From IMG/VR virus record IMGVR_UViG_3300024999_000049, positions 32,001 to 96,000 of that record: a stretch of DNA of 64,000 bases, one strand, 5' to 3'. A model generated the notes under the pieces. The model made no database searches, was not told the origin of the DNA, and saw nothing but the letters and a program-made list of their open reading frames with translations. The DNA is from a virus. Below, one piece after another: positions 21,640 through 33,880 of the stretch; position 1 is the stretch's first letter, and every line of letters begins with the position of its first letter. Both the position numbers and the translations under genes were made by a program.

Positions 21640-21867
21640 TTATAACCTTACTTTTAATCCTTCAAGTGAATCCAACTTCCCAAATCCAACTAAATACCAA
21701 TCTTCATCCATTTCAATTCTTGTTGGTATCCATTTGTTATTTATGGATACTTCCATTGTTTGACCGCAATGTAAACCATCTTCAATATTTCCATCATCAT
21801 ATTTAATACCTATACGATCATTATAAGGGTTATAGAATAATGTACCATAATATTTATCTCTGTTCAT
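21640..21867 (-). CDS. DUF5348 family protein
   Basis: GLHCGQTMEV...WIPTRIEM..DWYLVG...LEGLKVR. Confidence 0.85.
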   Translation of the reverse strand: MNRDKYYGTLFYNPYNDRIGIKYDDGNIEDGLHCGQTMEVSINNKWIPTRIEMDEDWYLVGFGKLDSLEGLKVRL

Positions 21868-22566
21868 GTTTTAACACCTTCTTTATATTTATTCAATCAT
21901 CTAAATTCCATTGAATCACTACAAATCCTGTTATTGCTATAGCCTGAATAATCAAATTTAACACAGATATTTTCTCTTTGTATGCTGTTTTCCCAAAATT
22001 AATTATAGAAAACCAGATTGCTACAAACAAACATAAGATTTTTATTGTAATTCTTATTGACATTTTGATTACCTCTTTCCTTTTTTATTATTTTTATTTA
22101 CTATAAAACTACTTATTCGTTGGCTTTTCTGAAAACCACCTACACTCCACTAAATAAAAATCTTCAGTATAATAATTGTTATCACAATAAGCATTATGTG
22201 CTTGTTCTTCTTGACCTTTATCATTCATGCAATCACATTCTTTGAATACTTCTGAATATTCGTGCCATAAACAATTTATGCATATTCTAGGTAACATTAT
22301 TATATCCTTTCTATCTGCGTGAAACCGCTATTTTATTTACCGGATGCTACATTAAGCATCAAATTTTCTTTTTCTTTCAATTGGTCATGTAGTCCAGATT
22401 CAATGTCATACATGTATTTTTCAAACTTATCAAATGTATCAGACAATTTACTATCATATGTATTAGTCGAAAATTTACCAAATAATTCTATTATAGTTTC
22501 AATTGTCTGAAGATCATTTCTAAATGCTGTTAAAGTGTCTTTCATAAATACCACCTTTCATTTACA

Positions 22567-22595
22567 ATACTATACTTACTTAGTTAAAAAGTCAA
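22567..22595 (-). promoter_or_regulatory. Sigma-A promoter with TTTTAACTAAGT element in the spacer
   Basis: TTGACT-17-TAGTAT; element at 22578-22589. Confidence 0.55.
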
Positions 22596-23361
22596 TACCT
22601 AATGAAAAAATATTTTTATAATACCATTACCTATGAGGCTATATCCTCTGACAGTAAACATAATGATCTAATCTCCTTCCTATTTATTATGAGTGAGATA
22701 GTATTTTTAAGGTCTACTTATTTTATTTTAATATCATCCGACATATTGATATATAACGTTTGTTTTTTAGAAATGGTAGCACATCCAATCTTATCATCGT
22801 TTTTATCATACAATTCTAAATAAAGTAAAGGATGATTATTCTCAAAAGTAAATATATCATGCCTATATACATTGAACACACTAACACCGTTAATTGTTAA
22901 GCTATGGCAGTCGTTATCTGCTTCAATTTCTTCAATACTTGTACCTACTAATAATTTCAAATCATTATAACTTAATACCTTCATAATCATTCTCCTTCTT
23001 CCTGTTATACAGGATATAAAATAGTATTTTTATTTCCTACTCATTTTCTTTTTTCTTTTATCTATCCATTCGTCAAATTCTTGATTATTTAAATAAACCA
23101 TAGGTATACATGGATTACTATCTGCAATATCTCTATAATCTACAATTCTTCCAATTGATTTTCCATCTTCATAGATATATACAAAAATTTTTTCTACTGG
23201 TTTTATTGAGTTTAATCTATTAACTACTCTTTCTACTAAATCATCCATATCATTGCTTTGACCTAATTCCATTTTATATCTATTAAATTCACCATAGTTC
23301 CCTATTGCTTCATACATGTTCATACCTCCATTAATCAATTGAATTTCTTATTTGATTGTTT

Positions 23362-23523
23362 TTATACTTCATACCCAAATGGTATCTCAACATTATTCTT
23401 TTGAAGTATACCAACAATTTCTTCATATCTTCCAGATTCAGTAAGTGTTAAGTTATGTTCTTGCTCCATCTCTGTTAATTTGTAAAGTTCATCAAGTAAA
23501 TTATCAAATGTATTATCTATCAC
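23362..23523 (-). CDS. 53-aa acidic protein, paralog of 27342-27503 (not in ORF track)
   Basis: GGAGG RBS, GTG start; LLDELY...LT...RY..IV..L..N...IPFG.E shared. Confidence 0.65.
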   Translation of the reverse strand: MIDNTFDNLLDELYKLTEMEQEHNLTLTESGRYEEIVGILQKNNVEIPFGYEV

Positions 23524-23536
23524 CTGTTATACCTCC

Positions 23537-23731
23537 TTATATTTGATTTTTTAATTCTTCCAAATTGATATTTAATACCTTTGCCACTCTCAAAAGTTCC
23601 TTACCTGTTATAGTGTCTCTGGTTAACTTGTCAACAAAAGTTTTGTAGTTTATTCCTGATTGATCTGCTACCCAGGTCTTAGTCCTACCTTGCTGTTCTA
23701 TGATGTTTGAAATGTATTCACCTAGATTCAT
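23537..23731 (-). CDS. XRE-family HTH protein
   Basis: TKTWVADQSGINYKTFVDKL...ELLRVAKVLNI. Confidence 0.8.
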   Translation of the reverse strand: MNLGEYISNIIEQQGRTKTWVADQSGINYKTFVDKLTRDTITGKELLRVAKVLNINLEELKNQI

Positions 23732-23988
23732 TCCTTATCATCCTCGTCTTCGTCTTCATAATCTTCCTCTGAATCCTCAACTTCCAATTTTCCATTTTGA
23801 TTAATAAGTATTTCTTTATAACCAATAGTTTCATTCTCTTCAAAATCAACTAATGTATGTCCTTTCACAGAAAACACACTTACCGCAGTTTGATACTCTA
23901 CATAAAATTGAGGCATCTCAATAATAATTTCATTATCTTTGTTTTGCAAAATCTTTGCATTCTTTGGTAATCCTACTTTTAATAACAT
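23728..23988 (-). CDS. Small acidic protein coupled to HTH gene
   Basis: ATGA overlap with HTH gene; EDSEEDYEDEDEDD tail. Confidence 0.7.
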   Translation of the reverse strand: MLLKVGLPKNAKILQNKDNEIIIEMPQFYVEYQTAVSVFSVKGHTLVDFEENETIGYKEILINQNGKLEVEDSEEDYEDEDEDDKE

Positions 23989-24036
23989 AATTTTAATACT
24001 CCTTCAAATTTTATTTTCGTTCAACTTCTTAATATT

Positions 24037-24065
24037 ATTATATATCTATTTTATCCTGTTGTCAA
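24037..24065 (-). promoter_or_regulatory. Sigma-A promoter
   Basis: TTGACA-17-TATAAT. Confidence 0.85.
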
Positions 24066-24376
24066 GACATTTATTCGTATTTTTAAATATTTTTATCTGA
24101 TATTTCAGACTTAAAGAAAATAAAATCTTGGATTTATTGGATTATATTCTTATTTGTTCCCAATCATTAAAAAAATCTTCAAGGATTTTATATTGAACTG
24201 TTCCATAAGAATAAATATCTTCTCCATATGATATTAACATTGGTATATTTAAACTATGCCGTTCTAATATTACCTTATAATTATTTCCTGTAATTAATTT
24301 TTTTCTATTTTCTGTGCCTACATATTTTAAAATCATAATACCCTCCTGTTATAGCCTGTCGGCTGTTATACTATTA

Positions 24377-25084
24377 TTACATTCTTATCCCATTATAAAT
24401 CGGACTAAACTCATACAACCATTCACTAACCTTTTTCTCCTGATCTGTCCATGATTCCCTGTTAAATACATTATCTGTCCCTTCAACTCTTTTGGGATAA
24501 GTAAAGAATCCAAAGTCAAATACATTCTTTGCTACAAACCTGATAGTATTGCTGTCATCTGTTATATCAGCATCGTAGTATCCGTCTTGTCCATTTTCTT
24601 CTCCACCGGAAGGATTAATATGTTTATATACCTTACTAACTTTAAATTGTGCTTGTCTTTCTGCTTTTGCTTTATTTTCTGCTTCTTGAATTGCTTTTTC
24701 TTCATTATCCTTTTTAATCAGATCAAGAATTATAGAAGTAAGTTTTTCTCTGATAACTTTATTAGGTATAGTTCCAGTACCTTCGAAAGTTTTATCAATA
24801 ATTCGTTTATAGTATATTGCTTTGTATTCATCTGTCCAACCTTCATTAAAAGGTAATGGTTTATAGGTATCAAGAGCAATTTGTTTTAGTTCGTTATTGT
24901 GGTTTAGGATTCTTGCGATAGCTTCAGCATTGATATAGACTGTGCTGTAATGCTGATTACGGATATCACGTATAATATCCTGTATTTTATATTCTGAAAT
25001 ACCGTTATATATTCCGTATGCATCTGAATCATTTACACGGAATTCTAAATCTCTGTTCAGGTCTTTTTGTTCTTCATTTTTCAT
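24377..25084 (-). CDS. Hypothetical protein
   Basis: 235-aa ORF with GAAGGAG RBS. Confidence 0.75.
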   Translation of the reverse strand: MKNEEQKDLNRDLEFRVNDSDAYGIYNGISEYKIQDIIRDIRNQHYSTVYINAEAIARILNHNNELKQIALDTYKPLPFNEGWTDEYKAIYYKRIIDKTFEGTGTIPNKVIREKLTSIILDLIKKDNEEKAIQEAENKAKAERQAQFKVSKVYKHINPSGGEENGQDGYYDADITDDSNTIRFVAKNVFDFGFFTYPKRVEGTDNVFNRESWTDQEKKVSEWLYEFSPIYNGIRM

Positions 25085-25415
25085 GGTTAATTCTCCTTCT
25101 GGCTGTTATGGTTACCAACCTGTTAAAATTGTTCTTTTATTGTATTATCGTTACTTCTTGAATTTCTATATCCATAAATAATTTAAGCACTTCAATTTCC
25201 GTATTTGGAAACTTTTCAATCAAACTTTTTGCTACCTGTTCACAATAATCTTTATCGTAAAAGAAATGTGCGTTGAGTAAATCCCCTGTTAATTCAATCT
25301 CATTGTTTTCATTATATTTAATATACATTCCTTTTCCAATGTAAATTACACGATTTCTAAAAACTTTCTTAGCCATAATAATAACCCCTTTCTGTTATTC
25401 ATATTTTACCATTTA

Positions 25416-26039
25416 TTACGCTACACTTCTATACCCTGTTCCATGTTTTGTATTAGCCGTTACAATCTTATTTTCTGCTACCATGTTTTTAAACAACTCA
25501 TAAATATAATGCATATCAAGATCATTAGAAGAATAAACACCTATATAATTTAATAACCTTTTAATCCTATATTTACTTAATACTTTTTGCAAAGGATTCC
25601 AGCCATCTGTTATGAATAAATTCTTTCTTTTAGTCTTATATATCGTTAGTATATCCTGCTCAATTTCAACTCTTTTGGACTGTAGTATACTCATATATTC
25701 ATCATCTGTTATATCAAAAACTTCTTCATAAATATCTGTATTCCTAAATGTAAATAAATCATTATTCAAAAGGTTTTCGATTATCGGAATATTCTCTTCG
25801 ATCACTATACCAGATACTTGTTGAGGATGAAGATATAATTCCTGCTTGTCTTTTGTTACTGTGTTACAACCACTGTTAAATCTTTCTTTCTTAATTTCCC
25901 ATCCATTATTAAGGAATAAATCTGTTATTGACTTTTTGAATAACTCTCCATCTTCAGGAGTGTTCCAACCTACTCCATATTTTGAATTATAATATGAAGG
26001 TGTATTGATATTAAAATAAACTCTCTTAAATATTGACAT
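25416..26039 (-). CDS. Hypothetical protein
   Basis: 207-aa ORF with AGGAGG RBS. Confidence 0.75.
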   Translation of the reverse strand: MSIFKRVYFNINTPSYYNSKYGVGWNTPEDGELFKKSITDLFLNNGWEIKKERFNSGCNTVTKDKQELYLHPQQVSGIVIEENIPIIENLLNNDLFTFRNTDIYEEVFDITDDEYMSILQSKRVEIEQDILTIYKTKRKNLFITDGWNPLQKVLSKYRIKRLLNYIGVYSSNDLDMHYIYELFKNMVAENKIVTANTKHGTGYRSVA

Positions 26040-27341
26040 TGTAAATTTCCTCCTGTTATTATATTCGTTTTATTATACTTCCATATGATCTATAATATCG
26101 TTATAACATATATTGTTATGTGACATCATAAAATATCCTAATGCTTCTGGTATACAATCGGCATCAATATGACATTCTTGTCTTTCTCCATTTTCAATAT
26201 AGTATATTGCATATGTACTTTGCTCCATTTTCAATTACCTCCTGTTATTATACATACTCTGTTATTGGTTAATGAATCCGTCCTTTTATTTTCTTTTTAT
26301 TTTCAATTCACCATTGTAAAATTCAGTCTCTTCGTCACCTAAATAACCAAAATAAGTTAATAAATATTGTTTCAAGATATCTTTTGATTCTTCCCATATT
26401 CCCATTTGTGCTAAATGATTTTGAATCCTTTTTACTGTTTCACTATATCCTTCTTCCTTTACACTATTAAATTTTTCTTGAATAAAAGCTCTTACTAATT
26501 TTTCTTGCTGTTCATTAGTCATTTTATTTTTTCCACCTTTCCGGCTGTTATAGCCTATAAAAACATCTTTTTATTTACTTGTTACTCTTTACCTACAAAC
26601 ATTTTAAACAAAGTGGTTTTTGCATCCTTCCATGCTAGAATTGCTGTATGTTCTTTTGTGCCACAATATAACTCATTCAAAGACATATCAGAATTAGTTC
26701 CATATACTACATATATTTTTCCAATTGGTGTTTCTATTGTATATGTAGAAATAGCATATACTTTTCCGTTATGGTCTATTTTAATTTCATCTGTTAAGAT
26801 TGTCTTGGATTCAAATTCTTTCATATTATACCTTCTTTCTCCTGCTCTGTTATGGCAGGACTATTATACTATTTTCTTACCTCTTTTTGTCCAATCAAGA
26901 TTGTTCTTACAGAATTCCTCTGCCTGTTCATACGTCAAATTATCTTCTTGAAATGTACCATCTGGAGCGAATATTGCATAGCCTTGCTTTAGGGTATAGC
27001 CTTCAGGTATTTCCTTCTCAGTTTTTTCTTTTATACTCCAGTTGTTTAGTTTCTTAATTACTCGCATTATTGTTATCCTCCTGTTATTTAGTATTTAAAA
27101 GTTTCAATTGATTTTCTTAACTGATCCGAATAGTTTTTAGTTACTTCAATGAAATTAAGTGGAGGAACATTTTGTTTTGTACAATTGTTTATAACAGTTA
27201 CCCATCCATCTAAAGCAATATTTGTAACAATCCCAATTTCAACCACACTAGAATTATTATAAAATAGCAAATCTCCTTTTTTAATTTCAAACATTGTTAT
27301 ACTCTCCTTCTACAGTTCGCCCTTTGTCGAATCGGTTGCTG

Positions 27342-27503
27342 TTATATCTCAATTCCAAAAGGTATATCTATATCATTTTCATGAAGTAAATCAACGATTA
27401 TTACATACCTTTCTCTTTCTTCTTCTGTTAATGTCTCTGTTAATTCTTTTTGTGTATAGATATAGAGTTCGTCAAGTAATGATTCAGAAAATTCCTTGTT
27501 CAT
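27342..27503 (-). CDS. 53-aa acidic protein, paralog of 23362-23523 (not in ORF track)
   Basis: MNKEFSESLLDELYIYTQKELTETLTEEERERYVIIVDLLHENDIDIPFGIEI. Confidence 0.65.
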   Translation of the reverse strand: MNKEFSESLLDELYIYTQKELTETLTEEERERYVIIVDLLHENDIDIPFGIEI

Positions 27504-28895
27504 TTTTAATTTTTCCTTTCGCTATTATTCCACTTCTATAACCAGCCCTACACCATCAATCGCATACATGTATGTTATTTCTTTATCCAATACTCTACCA
27601 TTGAATATTGCAGAATCTGTTTCTGTTAAAATGTTATAGGTTTCCTTCTCTTCATCCCATTGTTTTACTGTTACATTACCCTGTAATGTTATAGTATCTG
27701 TTATATCTCTAAGTGTCATTTTTATATTACCTTCTTTCTGTTTAAAATCCTTGTTTCATTTACTGTTAATACACCAATTCAGCAAACCACTCATTATTTT
27801 TCAACTCAACTTTTCTAATAAAGCTGTTCTGAATTCTATTCATCATTAATCCGTCAACTTCATCTTCACTTGTGAATTCTGCTGTTACTGGTTGCATTGC
27901 CTGAGTATATTGTAATTTATAGTTTATTTTTCTTTCGTCTTTCTCATCGAGTTTACACCATTCTTGAAAGTTCATACCGTAATAACTTTTTCTCATTTTG
28001 TTACTCCTTTTACCAAATAAATTAATAGTTTCATTGGTCTCCTTATAGCGTTTCTGTTATATCTCTACCTGAATTTTCCCACTTAGTTACTGTAATTTTA
28101 TACCCTTCGCTTTCAGGAAATTTCACTTTAAAAATATTGTATATTGTTTTCAATTCATACATAACTGTTACTGATCTTTCGGCTGTAGCAAAGAAATGTT
28201 TGCCATTTAGAGATACATTAATTTCATAGTACATATATTATATCCTTCTTTCTGCCTGTATAGGCTGTTACTCTTCATAATCTAAACATTCTGTTATTGT
28301 TTCATCTGATGAAAATTTATCTTTAATATCCATATTCCTACTAGAACAGTATTCTAAACAATTTTCATCGTTACCATAATTACATTCATGTACAAATTTC
28401 TTACAACCATTACAAATACTATTGTTATCAGTAATTCTCATACTTTACCTCTTAATATTCTTCTCCAAATTCATCACTCAGTAAACAAGTTAATTCTGTT
28501 ATTGTATTATCCAGTATATCCATTACCCTGTTCCCTACCTGTAGAGAATTATCATAGCTTGCTTTCTGGCTTTCCAGTTCATTAATTGTTATTTTAATCA
28601 TATTAATCATTATTGTTTTACTCATTGTTGTATTCTCCTTCTCCCTGTTTGCCCTATCGTCAAATCAGGGAATAAATGCATCATTTTATTGGGTATTATC
28701 GCCTGTTCTGTTATAGATATTTACCCAAATAAGCAACATCAAATTCACTATTAATCTTTTCAAGTTCATTCAGAATTTTATATTCTGTACTACCTTCAAT
28801 ATTTTTATTTGGTAACTTATCAAGTAATATATAAATGTTATCAAGACGTTTTTCTAGAAATTCTTTTTCTCTATATGTCATAATATCACCCCTTT

Positions 28896-29150
28896 TTATC
28901 CTTTCATCAAATCATCAATTGTTATATCCAATAACTCACAAAGTTGTAAGGCTGTATAAAATGACGGTCTATTACCTTTAGTCTTTGTCCATGCATAAAC
29001 TGTTTGAATTCCAATATCTAAACTATCAGCAATATAATTATACTTGTATTTCTCAATTAATGGTTTTAAATTTTGTTTAATTGTCTCTGCATTAGTATTG
29101 TTATATTGCTGAATAATTTTGATAGTGTCCTGTTGCTGTTCTTTAGTCAT
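28896..29150 (-). CDS. XRE-family HTH protein
   Basis: IADSLDIGIQTVYAW...NRPSFYTALQLCELLDITIDDL. Confidence 0.85.
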   Translation of the reverse strand: MTKEQQQDTIKIIQQYNNTNAETIKQNLKPLIEKYKYNYIADSLDIGIQTVYAWTKTKGNRPSFYTALQLCELLDITIDDLMKG

Positions 29151-29175
29151 ACTCTTGTATCACCACCTATTATAA

Positions 29176-30088
29176 TTATCCTGCTACCTCCTGCAATTCG
29201 TTTACAAGGTCGTAAATGTCACCATCATATATTTTATTGAGTTTATCAAGTGATTTTTTGCATTTGCCATGAATTTTTTTCAGCTGTTCTACTATCTGTA
29301 TCATAACCAAAATTTGAACAAAAATCCTCAAATGATTCTGATCCGCTTACAGCATCAGAGACAAAACAGTAAAAAGCGTTTAATATATTGTATTCCTTTT
29401 CTAGTATTGGCTGTGCTATAGATGCCCAAAATTCAAATCTTGCCTTTTCTCCTGTCTCTACATTGGTGACTGTTATCATGTGGTTATTAAAATTGTTGTC
29501 GCTCCATTCTGCCTTTTTAGTTCCTTTATAACTTGCTTTTACCTCAAATTGTTTAAATGTTGCTTTATTTGTTTTTTGTTCTGTATGTTCTGGCTTGATA
29601 TACTTCTCGAATATAGCTGTTATTTCTGTTATTACTTCTTGCGGTAATGGTTCAACAAGCCAAGAATGACCATATTTATAACCGTTATCCTCATATAATC
29701 CGGCTGATTTTAACGCTTCACAAATAGCCGTATAATCATATTCGTTTGTTTTCTTCCATTCATCAATAAATGCTTGCTGTTTTGCTGTTCCTGCTTTCAT
29801 GTCGTTTAAATGCCATTTATTCCATATTGTTATTATAGTATTGAGGTCATTTTCAGATATAAACATTTCCTTATAACTTTTTATGTCTGCAATTTCTTCC
29901 GTGTTCTGTCCACCATTTCCACTCATTGAAAGGGTTTTATATGCTGTTATTGTTTGATGATCAATTGTCTGTGCTGTTCTAGTGTCTGCTTCCTGATGAA
30001 TTTCAAGATTGATATACATTTTCTTTCCTGTGTTCTTTACTCCTACATATAATTTTTTACTGTAAAGGGTTTTTGTATCGTTATACAT
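29176..30088 (-). pseudogene. Hypothetical protein with +1 frameshift in an A7 run (29274-29280)
   Basis: Removing one A restores ...TAEKIHGKCKKSLDKLNKIYDGDIYDLVNELQEVAG* ending just before the HTH gene RBS. Confidence 0.6.
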
Positions 30089-30212
30089 TGTATAAACTCC
30101 TTTGCCTACCTGCTGTTATCAGTTCAGGATTTACGGCTTTTTAGATGTTTTACCATCTTTACAATACCATTATTAAAATGATACTGTAAACAGGGTAAAC
30201 CCTGTTATAATG

Positions 30213-30518
30213 CTATTTATCTTCGTCTTCCTCTTCTTCTTCAATTTCTTCTGTTTCTTGCTGACATTCGCATTCTTCCCCAGATTCGAAAAGTTCTCCA
30301 CATTCTGAACAAACTTCTTTTCCTATCCATTCGGCTACCGTTTCAAAATCAAACCAGAATAGATCATTTAATTCTGTTTCGCTCATACCATCTGGGTTAG
30401 TATCTTCCAGTATTGCTTCAATTTGATCAAATTCTTTAGAGGTTAACTTTTCCGCATTATCTTTTGCTCCACTCCAAAATTTAAAATTTGAAAGATTTTC
30501 TTCTTTATAAAGTTTCAT
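30213..30518 (-). CDS. Highly acidic conserved phage protein (F.FWSGA family)
   Basis: NFKFWSGA...TELNDLFWFD; Cys-rich acidic tail. Confidence 0.75.
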   Translation of the reverse strand: MKLYKEENLSNFKFWSGAKDNAEKLTSKEFDQIEAILEDTNPDGMSETELNDLFWFDFETVAEWIGKEVCSECGELFESGEECECQQETEEIEEEEEDEDK

Positions 30519-30579
30519 TATAAAACTCCTTGCAAACTGCTTGCCTTACGGTTCAAGTCTTACGTTTTTACTATACCTT

Positions 30580-30609
30580 ATTATAACATATAAGATATTA
30601 GTATGTCAA
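30580..30609 (-). promoter_or_regulatory. Sigma-A promoter (extended -10)
   Basis: TTGACA-18-TATAAT with TG at -15/-14. Confidence 0.8.
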
Positions 30610-33085
30610 TACTATTTTAAAATATTTTTTTAATTTATTTTTATATTCACTTTATTGAATATTTACCCAATAAAAATGGGATTTTATTTACCAAAATTAT
30701 CATAATAATGTTTTGCTTCTAAAAATTGCATTCCTGCAATAAATCCATTTATTTCTTCATATGTACCAATATAAAGAGTCTCTTTATTTTTCAATATTGC
30801 AAAATTTAAATTATACGCTGGTTTTATTTCAATGTAACCACCTAAAAGCCTTTTAATTTCCTTCTCTTGATTAGTCATAAATTCCCTCCATATTATTATT
30901 ATATTCCTGTTACTCTATATCCTGTCTATTATGCCATTTTAGCCCTGTACAAGCCTATTAATCTGCTCATATGTCCCGGTAATACCTTTCGCTTTTTGAT
31001 CTCCTGTGATACTAGTTTATATTCTGTTTTAAGCCGTAGCAAGGTTAAACTGTTGTTATACAAATTAGAGTTAAAATCTGCCATTAATTCCTCATAATTT
31101 GATTTTGTATGTAATAAGCCAGTGTTAGTAAATAGTTTCATGTCTGATTTATTCATTGTGCTTTTTCTCCCTTCTTATTATGATTAACAGTTTTGTTATA
31201 TAACAACTTTGTTATACTGCTATTTGAATATGTTTTGTCCATCGTGGTTGCTTTACTGGCTTGCTGATCTTTAGCCATAATTCCAGTAATTCCGCATTTG
31301 ACATAGATAATAAGTCTATGTATGTGTATATGTGTGTGCTGTGCTGTATTTTGCTTATTAAGATTGTGTTATTGTTCGGCATGGGGTTTACTCCTTTCTG
31401 ATTTATTTTTGATAGCCTGTTATGCCACCACATAAGCCCATGATATTATATTTGCTTTATCATGGGTTTAAATTGTGTCATATTCTGTTATTTAGTGTAT
31501 ACTACATACATTTTATTGAAAGCACTTTCCAATCTTTATAACTTTTGTAAATCTAAAATACAAACAAACTTTTTAAACCATTCTTCAGACACATTTCCAG
31601 ATAAAATATTGTCAATATCATCCATAATATCGTCAATATCACAAGATATAAATAAATCTGCTTTTTCAAGTTGTTGTAACTTGTTTCCTATTACTTTTGA
31701 CAAATTAACTTCAACGCTGTTATTTCTAATTTTTGTAATTGTCAAAAGTTTTGATAACGTTTCCATTGATATAGACCAGGAATCAGTTTCATCAGTTTCC
31801 TTTTTGTAAAAATATGTCTCTGTGTCATAATCTTTATCATGTACTGTTATTTCTTCGCCTTCCTCTGTTTGTTGAAGATAATCATATAATGTTATATTTT
31901 CCATTTTTCGTTCCTCCCTTAATAATTGTTAATAAATTCTTCTGCCTCTTTTATACTTCCTGTTTCATGTTCTGGATACCTGCAACCTTCACCAAAAGAA
32001 TATTCTTCCTTTGTAAATATTATATACTCACTTTGACCTTCTTGTCTCTCTTTTTCGTTTGTTTCGGCAATTACAAAGTTTTTTAATGTTTTAACTTTTT
32101 TCATGTCAAAATTCTCCTTCCTGTTATAGGTAAATAAAACTTACATTTCATTTTCTTTCTTTACAGAATACCTCAATAATATTTTTTCTAAAATCAACTA
32201 TTGACATATCTTCATAGTTGATTTTAGTTAAATCAATATCATTATCAAAGTTATAATTTTCTACATTTTCTTTTGTAAATTTAAAAATCAAATCCTCTAT
32301 AGTTTTGTATTGTGATACTGTTAAATTAACTTGAATTAAATTTTTAATTAGTGAATTTTTTTTCTTTTACTGGTTTTACTTCTATCATGTTTTTATTCTC
32401 CTTTTCTGTTATAAATGAAATTTGCTATTTATGGTGTTATTTTTTCAATACTCACATTGTTAAAATGTTTTGTTAAGTAGTTATACATTTTCTTTTGTTC
32501 TGTTTTTAAAATTTTCTTTGTTTCTTCTGTTTCAAAAATAACATCTTCTTTCATTGTTATTCCATACACGGAAGACCATATCATATCATTATCACTGTTA
32601 TATACTGATATACTATTACACAAAACATTTCCTTCTTTGTGGTAACATCCATCATTTAAATATAATTCTATCTGTATTTTATAAATATCAGTTCTTTTTA
32701 TTGCTGCGTTAATTTGATTTTTAATTTCTATGTTCGTCATGTTATATAAATCTCCTTTCCCATAAAATACCAAATTCATTCGCTTAATAAAGCTACTAAT
32801 TTACCATTTTGGTTTTTTCTTATTTCATAATGTGTTCCGTCACTAGCTTGTATAATGTTAATTATTTCATCATTTAAATATGTTTTGTTATACCTTATAG
32901 GTAAATTTCCGTAATTAATTGTGTTTAAATACTGTGTTGTTAAATCTGTTTTCATTTTTAATACTTCCTTTTTTACATATTAACCTTTATACCCTAAAGG
33001 CTTTATATTACCCACAATCTAATTATAATCTGTTATGCTGTTATATGTAAATTGTGGATATTATAAAGGCTTTACGCCTTTACTA

Positions 33086-33589
33086 TTACTTGCTGTTTGA
33101 TTCTCCTGTCATAAATTTTATATATCTGTTTGCCTTGTCTTTTGTTTTAAAGTTCGCTACGTTTTCGCTGTTACAGTATACCATTGTGTTATACCCTTTT
33201 GACAATAAATCTGTCGTAGCCTCTTTTATTTCAAAATTGCCAGTATTAAAACTGTTATGCTTATATTTTGTTACTTTATCCACTGTTATTTTAATTATAC
33301 AATGGTCTAGTAAAGCCCCGCCACCAAACGAACGGCTATTATTAATCAATAGAGGTATTTTTATATTACCTGTTGACCGTCCAATATATCCTATTATATC
33401 ATGCTCTTCATTCCAGCATTTTCCTGTTGTTGAGTCACCATAAAATAAGCGTATTCTCTTTTTTGTTAATCTGGCATTTTCCAGAATGTTAATGACTTCT
33501 TGTGGTGTACTGTTATGGTATGCCGTTCCGTTAATGATTTTGTATTCAATTGTGTTACCATTGGATAATTTTTCTATACATGTATTCAT
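33086..33589 (-). CDS. Conserved phage hypothetical protein
   Basis: RIRLFYGD.TTGK.W.EE.D..G.IGRSTG.IKIPLL...RS.GGGALLD motif. Confidence 0.75.
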   Translation of the reverse strand: MNTCIEKLSNGNTIEYKIINGTAYHNSTPQEVINILENARLTKKRIRLFYGDSTTGKCWNEEHDIIGYIGRSTGNIKIPLLINNSRSFGGGALLDHCIIKITVDKVTKYKHNSFNTGNFEIKEATTDLLSKGYNTMVYCNSENVANFKTKDKANRYIKFMTGESNSK

Positions 33590-33880
33590 TGTTTTATATC
33601 TCCTTTTCTGTTATTACTATTTGTTATTATTTTTAATTCTTCCAGCAACTTGTTAAAATTGTCATAATCTATCTTATGTATAAATTCCATCAATTCCCGT
33701 TCTGCTTGCTCTGTGTTATTATCCATTAGTATTATATCTCCTTACTTTATTATAATTCTTTATTCCGATATTTACAATACATTTTGCAAAAATATAGAGT
33801 GCTGATATGCCAATTAAAAATTTTGCGGATAAAATTATTAACGCTGTTGTTATCATTTGTATATTGCTCCTTTACTATTT

